Source: Bacteroidales bacterium
GTDB lineage: Bacteria > Bacteroidota > Bacteroidia > Bacteroidales > DASVHX01
Assembly (NCBI GenBank): GCA_038246075.1
Contig: JBBRRV010000001.1
Span: forward strand, 20,008-84,007
DNA: 64,000 nucleotides
Direction: 5' to 3'
Below, in pieces: positions 19,304-29,783 of the stretch. Numbering within the stretch: the first letter of the stretch is position 1; each line of letters opens with the position of its first letter. The position numbers and the translations under genes are program-made. The notes under the pieces are model-generated. The model searched no databases and had not been told where the DNA came from. It was given only the letters and a program-made list of their open reading frames with translations.

Positions 19304-20542
19304 ATGACAATTATGGACGTACAATCGATAAAACAACGGTTTGGCATTATAGGAACTTCAGGACTGCTCGACAGGGCCATTGATATAGCCCGGCAAGTTG
19401 CACCCACCGATATTACAGTGCTTATTACGGGCGAAAGCGGAGTAGGTAAAGAATCATTTCCACAAATCATTCACCAGCTCAGTGCCCGCAAGCACGGGCC
19501 ATACATCGCTGTTAACTGTGGCGCTATTCCGGAAGGGACCATTGACTCCGAGCTTTTTGGCCACGAAAAAGGATCATTTACCGGTGCACATGAAGCCCGG
19601 AAAGGGTATTTTGAAGTGGCTAACGGCGGAACAATATTTCTCGACGAAGTGGCAGAGCTACCCCTGAGCACACAGGTGCGGCTATTGCGTGTGCTCGAAA
19701 GCGGCGAATTCTTCAAGGTTGGTTCATCCAAATCGCTTAAAACAGATGTCAGGGTAGTAGCCGCAAGCAATGTCGACCTGCAGGATGCTATCAACCGTGG
19801 CAAATTTCGCCAGGATCTTTATTACAGGCTCAATACTGTTCCGATTTCCGTTCCTTCCCTGCGCGACAGGAAAGAAGATATCGTATTGCTTTTTCGCAAA
19901 TTCGCTTCTGACTTTGCAGAGAAATACCGCATGCCGGTGCTGGAACTCGAGGACGACGCCAAAAATGTTCTGATGAATTTTCGCTGGAGTGGTAATATCC
20001 GCCAATTGAAAAATGTGACAGAACAGATTTCTATCATTGAGGTGAACCGCATGCTAACTGGCCAGCGACTGCTTACTTACATACCCTATAGCCATGATCG
20101 TGATCTGCCCATCCTCTATAAGCGAGATGCAGGCAGCAGCGAGTTCCCTGAAAGGGAGTTGCTCTATAAGGTTTTGTTCGATATGAAAAAGGACATCAAC
20201 GACCTGAAAAAACTTGTGGGTGATATTCTGCAGAATGAAGATTTACCACCGCAATTGCATAAGGATAACGCCCATATTATCGACAAGCTATATGACAGTT
20301 ATTCCCAGTCGCCTCCGCCCAATGCGCAGATGACTGTGCGCGATAAACCGGATTCCCCGCCTGATGAGCCTTTTTATCCAAGTGAAGTGATGGATGAATC
20401 GCTCTCATTGCAAAAGAAGGAAATGGACCTGATTCGCCGTGCACTCGAAAAGCATGCCGGCAAAAGAAAAAATGCTGCACAGGAACTTGGCATATCAGAA
20501 CGGACTTTATACCGTAAAATCAAGGAATACAATGCCAAATAG
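19304..20542 (+). CDS. sigma-54-dependent transcriptional activator (bEBP) lacking any N-terminal sensory/receiver domain
   Basis: The AAA+ core starts at about residue 10. It has Walker A GESGVGKE, Walker B FLDEV, a GSFTGA loop (GAFTGA variant) and a C-terminal Fis-type HTH (AAQELGISERTLYRKIKEY). Confidence 0.85.
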   Translation: MTIMDVQSIKQRFGIIGTSGLLDRAIDIARQVAPTDITVLITGESGVGKESFPQIIHQLSARKHGPYIAVNCGAIPEGTIDSELFGHEKGSFTGAHEARKGYFEVANGGTIFLDEVAELPLSTQVRLLRVLESGEFFKVGSSKSLKTDVRVVAASNVDLQDAINRGKFRQDLYYRLNTVPISVPSLRDRKEDIVLLFRKFASDFAEKYRMPVLELEDDAKNVLMNFRWSGNIRQLKNVTEQISIIEVNRMLTGQRLLTYIPYSHDRDLPILYKRDAGSSEFPERELLYKVLFDMKKDINDLKKLVGDILQNEDLPPQLHKDNAHIIDKLYDSYSQSPPPNAQMTVRDKPDSPPDEPFYPSEVMDESLSLQKKEMDLIRRALEKHAGKRKNAAQELGISERTLYRKIKEYNAK

Positions 20543-20596
20543 GACTGATTGACAACAATTCAATGGGGTCCATCAACCATAGATTAAAGCGAGAGA

Positions 20597-21139
20597 ATGA
20601 AAAGTATCAAAAGATTTAATATCCTAAAAATCAGCATAGTGCTGGTTGTTTTTACATCAGCGCTTTTGCTGCTGAATAGCTGCGGGATATACTCATTTAC
20701 AGGAGCATCAATTTCCCCGAGTGTGAAAACAGTATCAATCAACTATTTTCCTAACAATGCCACATTTGTTTCGCCTACTTTTAGTCAGAAGTTTTCGGAT
20801 GCGCTTCGTGATAAATTTACGACCCAGACCAACCTGATGATCGTGAACAAAGGTGGCGATCTGAATATTGAAGGCGAAATCACAGGTTTCGATCCTAATC
20901 AGCCTGTTGCCATTCAAGGAGGGGCCGATCAGACAGCATCTTTATACCGGCTTACCGTTACAGTTAATGTGCGGTTTACCAATAATAAGGACGAAAAGCA
21001 GAACTTTGAGACCAAATTCAGTACCTACGAAGATTATGGCCGCGATAAACGTTTCTCTGACGTAGAGGATAACCTGATTGGTCTTATTAACGAAAAACTG
21101 GTGCAGGATATATTTAATAAGGCTGTTGTAAACTGGTAA
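20597..21139 (+). CDS. lptE: LptE family LPS-assembly lipoprotein
   Basis: Lipobox LLLNSC|G followed by YSFTGASI...VSINYFPN, typical of Bacteroidota LptE-family proteins. The conserved position between the bEBP and secG supports the call. Confidence 0.6.
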   Translation: MKSIKRFNILKISIVLVVFTSALLLLNSCGIYSFTGASISPSVKTVSINYFPNNATFVSPTFSQKFSDALRDKFTTQTNLMIVNKGGDLNIEGEITGFDPNQPVAIQGGADQTASLYRLTVTVNVRFTNNKDEKQNFETKFSTYEDYGRDKRFSDVEDNLIGLINEKLVQDIFNKAVVNW

Positions 21140-21158
21140 TGCCAGGCATAATTGTACA

Positions 21159-21968
21159 ATGGAAAGAAGTCAGATCATAGCATACATGAGTCATCCGGAG
21201 CAAACAGGCGCGGCGGATCCTGGCATACTCGAACAATTGACGCATACCTATCCATATTGCCAGACATTTCAGCTGCTATATGCAAAATGCCTTCATAACC
21301 AGGATAATCCGCGCTTTGGAACCCAGGTCAAACTGGCCGCAGCCTATGCCGGTAACCGCGGACTTCTGAAGCAGCTGATCGAAAAAACAATTTCAACAGC
21401 AACACCTGTTGGTGATGCCGAAACGGAACCGGCAGCAGCACCGCCAAAGACAATCCCTATTGCAGAAGCTGCGGAAAATAAATCAGCAGTCGGGGCGGAT
21501 AACGCTGAGCAGATTCGCAAATCACCGGTTTATCTGTCGCCTGAGGGGGTGCAGCGCACGCGGCTTATTGATATGATCCGCTCGCGCATGGCCGGAATCC
21601 CTGGCGAACCTGAGCAGGTTGAACCCCGGATGGCAAAAAGTGATATCCGTGAGCTTTCATCTTCCACAGGCGCAGGTTTAGCCCCAAGAAGGCCTTCAGA
21701 GAGTAAAGCAGCACTTATCGATCGCTTCATCAGAGAGGAACCCCGGCTGAGCCCTCCCAAACGCGAATTCTTTAACCCTGTGGACATGGCCAAGCTGAGT
21801 TCTGTGGATAAGGATGACATGGTAAGTGAGACATTGGCGCGGATTTTCGTTCAACAAGGTGATATACCGAAAGCTATAAAAATATATGAACGCTTATGTT
21901 TGAATTTACCGGAAAAAAGTAGTTACTTTGCAGCCCAAATTGAAAATCTGAGAAGAGGTCTCAAATAA
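21159..21968 (+). CDS. conserved hypothetical protein (low-complexity middle, TPR-like C-terminal helices)
   Basis: Long open frame tightly packed between lptE and secG. The C-terminus is ...SETLARIFVQQGDIPKAIKIYERLCLNLPEKSSYFAAQIENL. I recognised no catalytic motif. Confidence 0.6.
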   Translation: MERSQIIAYMSHPEQTGAADPGILEQLTHTYPYCQTFQLLYAKCLHNQDNPRFGTQVKLAAAYAGNRGLLKQLIEKTISTATPVGDAETEPAAAPPKTIPIAEAAENKSAVGADNAEQIRKSPVYLSPEGVQRTRLIDMIRSRMAGIPGEPEQVEPRMAKSDIRELSSSTGAGLAPRRPSESKAALIDRFIREEPRLSPPKREFFNPVDMAKLSSVDKDDMVSETLARIFVQQGDIPKAIKIYERLCLNLPEKSSYFAAQIENLRRGLK

Positions 21969-21995
21969 AGAATTAAAAATTAAATAGTTGATCTA

Positions 21996-22331
21996 ATGGG
22001 AGCATATGTTTTGATTTCAGTGCTGATCCTGATAACCTGCATTTTATTGGCGCTCGTTGTTTTGGTTCAAAATTCTAAGGGTGGTGGATTAGCATCGAAC
22101 TTCAGTTCGTCCAACCAATACATGGGCGTGCGTAAAACCGCCGATTTTCTTGAAAAAATGACCTGGACGCTTGCTATTGTCCTGATGTCGTTAAGCCTTG
22201 TTTCTATTTTTGCCATTCCACGGGGGACAAGCACGAAGACTGCTAAAGATACGGAACTCCGGCAGCAGATCAACGATAACAAAACACAACCGGTGCAGGA
22301 TTATCAGGCACCTCCCCAAAAAGGCAAATAG
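21996..22331 (+). CDS. secG: preprotein translocase subunit SecG
   Basis: Two TM helices flank the VQNSKGGGLASNF motif. Size is about 110 aa. Confidence 0.8.
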   Translation: MGAYVLISVLILITCILLALVVLVQNSKGGGLASNFSSSNQYMGVRKTADFLEKMTWTLAIVLMSLSLVSIFAIPRGTSTKTAKDTELRQQINDNKTQPVQDYQAPPQKGK

Positions 22332-22352
22332 AATTCTTAAAACCTTCCTTTT

Positions 22353-22388
22353 AATGTCAGAATGTCATCGCATTCTGACATTTTTTTT
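22353..22388 (+). terminator. Rho-independent terminator after secG
   Basis: Perfect 12-bp stem AATGTCAGAATG / CATTCTGACATT with loop TCATCG, followed by a T-run. Confidence 0.8.
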
Positions 22389-22516
22389 GCAATAACCTTG
22401 CTTTGCTGCTAATTTGTCCCCGAATCAAGCCGATTCTTCGTTTGGCATAAAATATGACAGATCAAAGATTGAAAAAAAACTGTAATCGATAATGTTAAAC
22501 ATAAATTTCACAAAAA

Positions 22517-22795
22517 ATGACAAAAGTAAACATTAAACCATTAGCTGACAGGGTGTTAGTTGAGGCTGCTGCCGCCGAACAAAAAACGGCTGGCGGAATC
22601 ATTATTCCTGATACCGCAAAAGAAAAACCCCAGAAGGGAACCGTTATTGCTGTTGGCAATGGCAAGAAAGATGAGCCTATGACAGTCAAAGTGGGTGATC
22701 TTGTTTTATATGGCAAATATTCCGGAAGCGAAATTACCGTAGATGGTAAAGATTATCTCATTATGCGCGAATCGGATATACTGGCAGTTATCTAA
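22517..22795 (+). CDS. groES: co-chaperonin GroES
   Basis: [11 protein letters not shown]...[22 protein letters not shown]; 92 aa. Confidence 0.97.
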   Translation: MTKVNIKPLADRVLVEAAAAEQKTAGGIIIPDTAKEKPQKGTVIAVGNGKKDEPMTVKVGDLVLYGKYSGSEITVDGKDYLIMRESDILAVI

Positions 22796-22823
22796 TTTCT
22801 TCAGCAAAACAATTAAATACTAA

Positions 22824-24476
<1,653 letters not shown>

Positions 24477-24498
24477 TCTTCTGCAAATGCAAATGAAT

Positions 24499-24531
24499 AA
24501 AGCCCCGGAGCAATCCGGGGCTTTTTGCTTT
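24499..24531 (+). terminator. Rho-independent terminator after groEL
   Basis: AAAGCCCCGGA / TCCGGGGCTTT stem with loop GCAA, followed by TTTTT. Confidence 0.75.
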
Positions 24532-24678
24532 TACATTCCACCGCCATCAGGTTTATTTGAGCATCGGAGTTAATCATTACCTTTGTTCCCTGGGAACTTC
24601 CCACATAAATTGATTCATTCAAGATGATCATCTGAATCAGGGATGTTTTACCTGACCTTTACATAATTTTATATTGCT

Positions 24679-25458
24679 ATGAATACACTGGAACAAAAAA
24701 CAGAAGCTTTTAAGCGGTTACTCACCATCATGGATGAGCTGCGCGCCCAATGTCCCTGGGACAAAAGTCAGACCCTTGAAACCTTGCGCTACCTAACCAT
24801 CGAGGAGATGTACGAACTTTCCGACTCCATATTGGATAAGGATATGGATGGTATAGGAAAAGAATTGGGTGATCTCATGCTGCATATCGTGTTTTATGCA
24901 AAAATAGGTTCGGAAAGCGGATCATTTGATATGGGCGATGTGCTCAACGGGATTTGTGAGAAACTTATCCGCAGGCATCCACATATTTATAGTGATGTGG
25001 TGGTGCAGAACTCGGAGGATGTAAAGAATAACTGGGAAGCGATTAAGATGACGGAAGGCCATGCTTCTGTATTATCAGGTGTTCCGCTCTCATTGCCGGC
25101 CATGGTAAAAGCTTACAGGATACAGGAAAAAGTTCGGGGTGTGGGTTTCGATTGGGAAAACCAGAACCAGGTATGGGAGAAAGTGGAGGAGGAGATTCAC
25201 GAATTCCGCCATGAAGCAACTACCGGTGGCACGCCCGAGAAGCTGGAAGATGAGTTTGGTGATGTACTGTTTTCGCTTATTAATTATGCCCGGTTTATTG
25301 ATGTTAATCCCGAAGATGCCCTCGAACGCACCAACAAGAAGTTTATTAAAAGATTTAAATACCTCGAACAGGAAGCCCTGCGCATCGGCAAAACACTTCG
25401 CGAAATGACGCTTGCCGAGATGGATGTTTTCTGGAACGAGGCTAAATCGTCAGACTAG
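24679..25458 (+). CDS. mazG: nucleoside triphosphate pyrophosphohydrolase MazG
   Basis: Tandem MazG domains with EExYE (IEEMYELSD) and EEIHEF...DEFGDVLFSL motifs. RLLTIMDELRAQCPWDK opening. Confidence 0.9.
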   Translation: MNTLEQKTEAFKRLLTIMDELRAQCPWDKSQTLETLRYLTIEEMYELSDSILDKDMDGIGKELGDLMLHIVFYAKIGSESGSFDMGDVLNGICEKLIRRHPHIYSDVVVQNSEDVKNNWEAIKMTEGHASVLSGVPLSLPAMVKAYRIQEKVRGVGFDWENQNQVWEKVEEEIHEFRHEATTGGTPEKLEDEFGDVLFSLINYARFIDVNPEDALERTNKKFIKRFKYLEQEALRIGKTLREMTLAEMDVFWNEAKSSD

Positions 25459-25463
25459 TCTAA

Positions 25464-25483
25464 CCCCCGACTTCAGTCGGGGG
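25464..25483 (+). terminator. GC-rich stem-loop 6 nt after the mazG stop codon (no U-tract)
   Basis: CCCCCGAC-TTCA-GTCGGGGG, an 8-bp stem with a tetraloop. It is followed by GGGGCGAG rather than a T-run. Confidence 0.4.
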
Positions 25484-25552
25484 GGGGCGAGCTAATATGC
25501 TATGATCCGCGGGCTTTAGCCCAAGCATATCAACGCGCTTATATATATAATA

Positions 25553-25592
25553 GCAACAAAAAAAATCCGGAAATCAACTGATCTCCGGATTT
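25553..25592 (-). terminator. Rho-independent terminator after glyA
   Basis: AATCCGGA...TCCGGATT stem. On the minus strand it is followed by a run of Ts (the A-run at 25555-25565 on the plus strand). Confidence 0.6.
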
Positions 25593-25629
25593 GTGATGAA
25601 TATTCAGGCTTTAATGAAGCCCAACTGCA

Positions 25630-26910
25630 TTAATAGGCGAACAAGGGAAACTCCATCATCATTTCGTTTACCTGGTCTTTTACCTTTGCAATAACGACTT
25701 CGTTATCAATGTTGGAGATAACTTCGTCCATCATATCTACGATAATAGCCATGTGTTCCTCTTTTAATCCGCGGGTGGTAATAGCCGGCGTTCCTACACG
25801 AATTCCTGAAGTGGTGAAAGGTGAACGGCTGTCGAAAGGCACCATGTTCTTATTTATTGTGATGTCGGCCTTTACAAGGGTATTCTCAACAACTTTACCT
25901 GTAATGTCAGGGAATTTGGAGCGCAGGTCGATCAGCATCAGGTGGTTATCGGTGCCGCCTGAAATCACATGATATCCGCGATCAATAAAGGCCTGTGAAA
26001 GCACGCTGGCATTTTTCTTTACCTGGATGATGTAATCCATATACTCGTCTGAGAGTGCTTCGCCGAAAGCGACAGCCTTGCTGGCAATTACATGTTCAAG
26101 CGGCCCGCCCTGTGTACCGGGGAAAACGGCTGAATCTAGCAAAGCCGACATCATTTTTGTTTCACCCTTGTTTGTTTTCAATCCCCATGGGTTTTCGAAA
26201 TCCTTGCCCATGAATATCATGCCTCCGCGCGGTCCGCGCAGGGTTTTATGCGTAGTTGTGGTAATAATATGACAATAGGGCACAGGATCATTCAGCAAAC
26301 CCCGGGCGATAAGACCAGCCGGATGCGCTATATCTGCAAACAGCAGGGCACCAATTTTATCTGCAATTTCACGCATGCGTTTATAATCCCAGTCGCGCGA
26401 ATAAGCCGAAGCACCGGCAATAATCAGTTTGGGGCGCTCAAGCAAAGCTGTTTCTTCCATCTTATCATAGTTGATGGTTCCGGTTGCTTCTTCAACACCA
26501 TAGGCAACGGGCCGGTAGAGTATGCCCGATGAGTTGACTGGCGAACCATGTGAAAGGTGTCCGCCATGCGCCAGATTGAGTCCCATGAAGGTATCACCGG
26601 GTTTCAGTACTGCCATCAGCACGGCCATGTTGGCCTGCGCTCCCGAATGTGGCTGAACATTTACCCATTCAGCGCCAAACAATGCCTTGGCCCTGTCAAT
26701 GGCCAACTGTTCGGTTTGATCCACAATCTGACAACCACCGTAATAACGTTTGCCGGGATATCCTTCGGCATATTTATTCGTAAGGCAGGAGCCCATGGCA
26801 GCAAGCACCTGGTCGCTCACGAAATTTTCCGAGGCGATAAGTTCAATTCCATGCGTCTGCCGCATTTGTTCTTCTTTAATGAGATCAAATACCTGTTTGT
26901 CTTTCTTCAT
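25630..26910 (-). CDS. glyA: serine hydroxymethyltransferase
   Basis: [19 protein letters not shown], and a PLP-lysine region [14 protein letters not shown]. Length 426 aa. Confidence 0.97.
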   Translation of the reverse strand: MKKDKQVFDLIKEEQMRQTHGIELIASENFVSDQVLAAMGSCLTNKYAEGYPGKRYYGGCQIVDQTEQLAIDRAKALFGAEWVNVQPHSGAQANMAVLMAVLKPGDTFMGLNLAHGGHLSHGSPVNSSGILYRPVAYGVEEATGTINYDKMEETALLERPKLIIAGASAYSRDWDYKRMREIADKIGALLFADIAHPAGLIARGLLNDPVPYCHIITTTTHKTLRGPRGGMIFMGKDFENPWGLKTNKGETKMMSALLDSAVFPGTQGGPLEHVIASKAVAFGEALSDEYMDYIIQVKKNASVLSQAFIDRGYHVISGGTDNHLMLIDLRSKFPDITGKVVENTLVKADITINKNMVPFDSRSPFTTSGIRVGTPAITTRGLKEEHMAIIVDMMDEVISNIDNEVVIAKVKDQVNEMMMEFPLFAY

Positions 26911-27185
26911 TTTATATCAATTGTTTATGTTAATTTCAAAGTCAACCTGGTTAAAAGTCATCATCCGTTGTAACTGAGATATTTCTTAAGCCTTGTTCAG
27001 CATGATTAAAATATTGGTGAATGCAGTTATTATCCGATATTTAGCATGCTAAGGGGAGCAGCAAATGTAAAAATTTATTCTGAACCCTGCCGGCAAAATA
27101 AAAATGCAAAAATCAAGTTTTGATAGTAGATTTGACATAGCATTTGTTTAATACCTTTATATCGCGCTTTCAGATGCCCCAAATG

Positions 27186-27222
27186 TATCAAACGCTTCAA
27201 ACGCCACAAACACTTCAACAGA
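27186..27222. repeat. 9-bp periodic degenerate repeat (ATCAAACGC TTCAAACGC CACAAACAC TTCAACAGA)
   Basis: Read directly. It ends 8 nt before the start codon of the first M16 peptidase gene. Confidence 0.7.
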
Positions 27223-27229
27223 TATACCA

Positions 27230-28474
27230 ATGATAGCTTACGACCGGTTTACGCTTTCCAATGGGTTAAGGGTACTTGTTCATCATGACAATTCAACACC
27301 TATAGTTGCCATGAACATCCTCTTCGATGTTGGCTCCCGCGATGAGCAGCCTGACCGTACCGGGTTTGCCCATCTATTCGAACACCTGATGTTCGGTGGT
27401 TCTGAAAATATTCCTAAATACGATGAACCCCTTGAACGCGTTGGTGGCGAGAATAATGCCTTTACGAATAACGATATAACCAATTTTTATCTGACGCTTC
27501 CCGTTCAGAATCTCGAAACAGGATTCTGGCTGGAATCTGACCGTATGGCCGCTCTTGCATTTTCGCCAAAGAGCCTTGATGTTCAGCGCAGTGTGGTGGT
27601 TGAAGAATTCAAACAGAATTATCTCAATCAGCCTTACGGCGATGCCTGGTTATTGCTCCGGCCGCTGGCCTATAAAGTACACCCGTATCAATGGGCAACC
27701 ATAGGCAAGGACATTTCGCATATCGAACAGGCGGGAATGGACGAAGTAAAAGCATTTTATGCTAAATATTATAATCCGGGCAATGCGATCCTTACCATTG
27801 CCGGCGATGTGGAAACGGAAAATATTAGGGTGCTTGCCGAAACCTGGTTTGGTTCAATCGGGAAAGCGCACAATTTCAAAAGGTCTATTCCTGTTGAGCC
27901 ACTTCAGACGGAGGCCCGGAAACTTTCTGTGGAACGGGATGTTCCTTCGGATGCCATTTACAAGGTATTTCATATGTGCGACCGCTGCCATCCGGCCTAT
28001 TATGCCAGTGACCTTGTCTCCGATATCCTTTCGGGAGGGCAATCGGCCAGGCTGTTCAGCGAACTCATCAAGAAACGCCAATTGTTCAGCGATTTGCAAG
28101 CCTATATTACAGGGGATATTGACAACGGTTTGTTCGTGATTGCCGGAAGACTCATTAAAGGCGTCGCCATGGAAGAAGCAGAAAAGGCCATCAATGAGCA
28201 ACTCGAAAAGATATGTACAACGCTGGTGGAAGAAAAGGAATTACAGAAAGTTAAGAACCGGGTGGAGAGCAGTCTGTTGTTTTCAGAACAATCCGTACTT
28301 GATAAAGCCATGAACCTGGCCTATTATGAATGGCTGGGGGATGCTGAACTGGCAAATACCACCATCGAACACTATAACGCAGTTACTGCCGAAGATTTGC
28401 GCAAACAAGCCGGCGAAATTCTCAGAACAGAAAACAGCTCTACGCTTTATTATTATTCAACCCAAAAAGGATGA
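27230..28474 (+). CDS. M16 (pitrilysin) family zinc peptidase, catalytic subunit
   Basis: Inverted zinc motif HLFEH (HxxEH) near the N-terminus, with a downstream glutamate region. Confidence 0.85.
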   Translation: MIAYDRFTLSNGLRVLVHHDNSTPIVAMNILFDVGSRDEQPDRTGFAHLFEHLMFGGSENIPKYDEPLERVGGENNAFTNNDITNFYLTLPVQNLETGFWLESDRMAALAFSPKSLDVQRSVVVEEFKQNYLNQPYGDAWLLLRPLAYKVHPYQWATIGKDISHIEQAGMDEVKAFYAKYYNPGNAILTIAGDVETENIRVLAETWFGSIGKAHNFKRSIPVEPLQTEARKLSVERDVPSDAIYKVFHMCDRCHPAYYASDLVSDILSGGQSARLFSELIKKRQLFSDLQAYITGDIDNGLFVIAGRLIKGVAMEEAEKAINEQLEKICTTLVEEKELQKVKNRVESSLLFSEQSVLDKAMNLAYYEWLGDAELANTTIEHYNAVTAEDLRKQAGEILRTENSSTLYYYSTQKG

Positions 28475-29751
28475 CCAGAATCGATCGCACCAAGGCCCCG
28501 GCTATGCAGGCTATGGATGGTTTTAAAATAAATGAACCGGGCAAGATCATGCTCGATAATGGAATTCCGTTATATGTGATTAACAAAGGCACGCAGGAAC
28601 TCGTGCGCATCAGCCTTGTCTTTGGCGCCGGTGCATGGTATGAGGATTTGCCATTTACAGCGCAGGCCTGTAACCTCATGTTGCGCGAAGGAACCAGCCT
28701 TATGGCTTCGGCAGAAATCGAGGAAAAGCTCGATTTTTACGGCGCTTTCCTCGAAACTGCAGTGGAACAGGACAACAGCTATGTCTCTCTTTATTCGCTT
28801 AACAAACACGTGCATGAACTACTTCCGCTTATAGGTGATATCATCAGGCAGGCAAGTTTTCCTGAAAAGGAATTCGAAATCATGATCGGCCGGCAAAAAC
28901 AATTCCTGGCAGTGAATGAACAGAAAGTAAATTACCTTGCCCGTACCCGTTTCTCAGCACTGATATTCGGGCCTGAGCATCCATATGGCACCTACCGCCA
29001 GTCATCACATCTTAAAAACATCAATATAGCGGCACTTAAGGCATTCCATCATCAGCACTATACGCCGGGAAACTGCCGCATAGTTGTTGCAGGAAAAGTC
29101 AGCGATGAGCTTATCAGCATGATCAATCACACTTTTGGAAACAAGGGATGGGAAAATGAGTTGTTGCCTTCAAGAGATTTTGATAGTTCTGGTAATGCAA
29201 AGTTCAAGCATTACCTGGTCAAAAAGGATGCACTCCAGGCTGCCATCCGTATCGGTAAACAATTATTCAACCGTACGCATCCCGATTTCCTGGGTATGCA
29301 GGTCCTTAACACCGTATTGGGTGGTTATTTCGGCTCGCGCCTGATGACTAACCTACGCGAGGATAAAGGATATACTTATGGTGTCGGGTCTGCACTCATA
29401 TCACTGCAACATTCGGGTAGCTTTTTCATTACCAGCGAAGTGGATGCTGATGCAGCACATCAGGCTGCCGAGGAAGTTTACAGGGAAATCGATCGCTTAT
29501 GCACCGACCTGGTGCCTGATGGCGAGCTGCAACTGGTTAAAAATTACTTGCTTGGCAGATTTATGCGCAGCATCGACGGGCCTTTCGCTTTAGCCGATAT
29601 GCTGATGAGCGTTCTGGAGTCGGGTCTTGATATGTCCTACTTTAACCGCTATACCGAAGTCGTCCGTTCCATTACGGCCACCGAACTCCGTGACCTTGCC
29701 CGCAAACACCTTGATCCGTCAACCTTCCACGAGATCATCGTCGGGAAATAG
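28471..29751 (+). CDS. M16 family peptidase-like protein, non-catalytic partner
   Basis: M16 fold-length similarity but no HxxEH motif. Its ATG overlaps the upstream stop codon (ATGA at 28471-28474). Confidence 0.75.
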   Translation: MTRIDRTKAPAMQAMDGFKINEPGKIMLDNGIPLYVINKGTQELVRISLVFGAGAWYEDLPFTAQACNLMLREGTSLMASAEIEEKLDFYGAFLETAVEQDNSYVSLYSLNKHVHELLPLIGDIIRQASFPEKEFEIMIGRQKQFLAVNEQKVNYLARTRFSALIFGPEHPYGTYRQSSHLKNINIAALKAFHHQHYTPGNCRIVVAGKVSDELISMINHTFGNKGWENELLPSRDFDSSGNAKFKHYLVKKDALQAAIRIGKQLFNRTHPDFLGMQVLNTVLGGYFGSRLMTNLREDKGYTYGVGSALISLQHSGSFFITSEVDADAAHQAAEEVYREIDRLCTDLVPDGELQLVKNYLLGRFMRSIDGPFALADMLMSVLESGLDMSYFNRYTEVVRSITATELRDLARKHLDPSTFHEIIVGK

Positions 29752-29783
29752 GCAATTCTCTCATATCAGTTTAAGCTATCAAA

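Noticed and set aside
22389-22516. CIRCE (HrcA operator) upstream of groES
   Set aside because: I looked for TTAGCACTC-N9-GAGTGCTAA and found no inverted repeat resembling it in the 128-bp leader.
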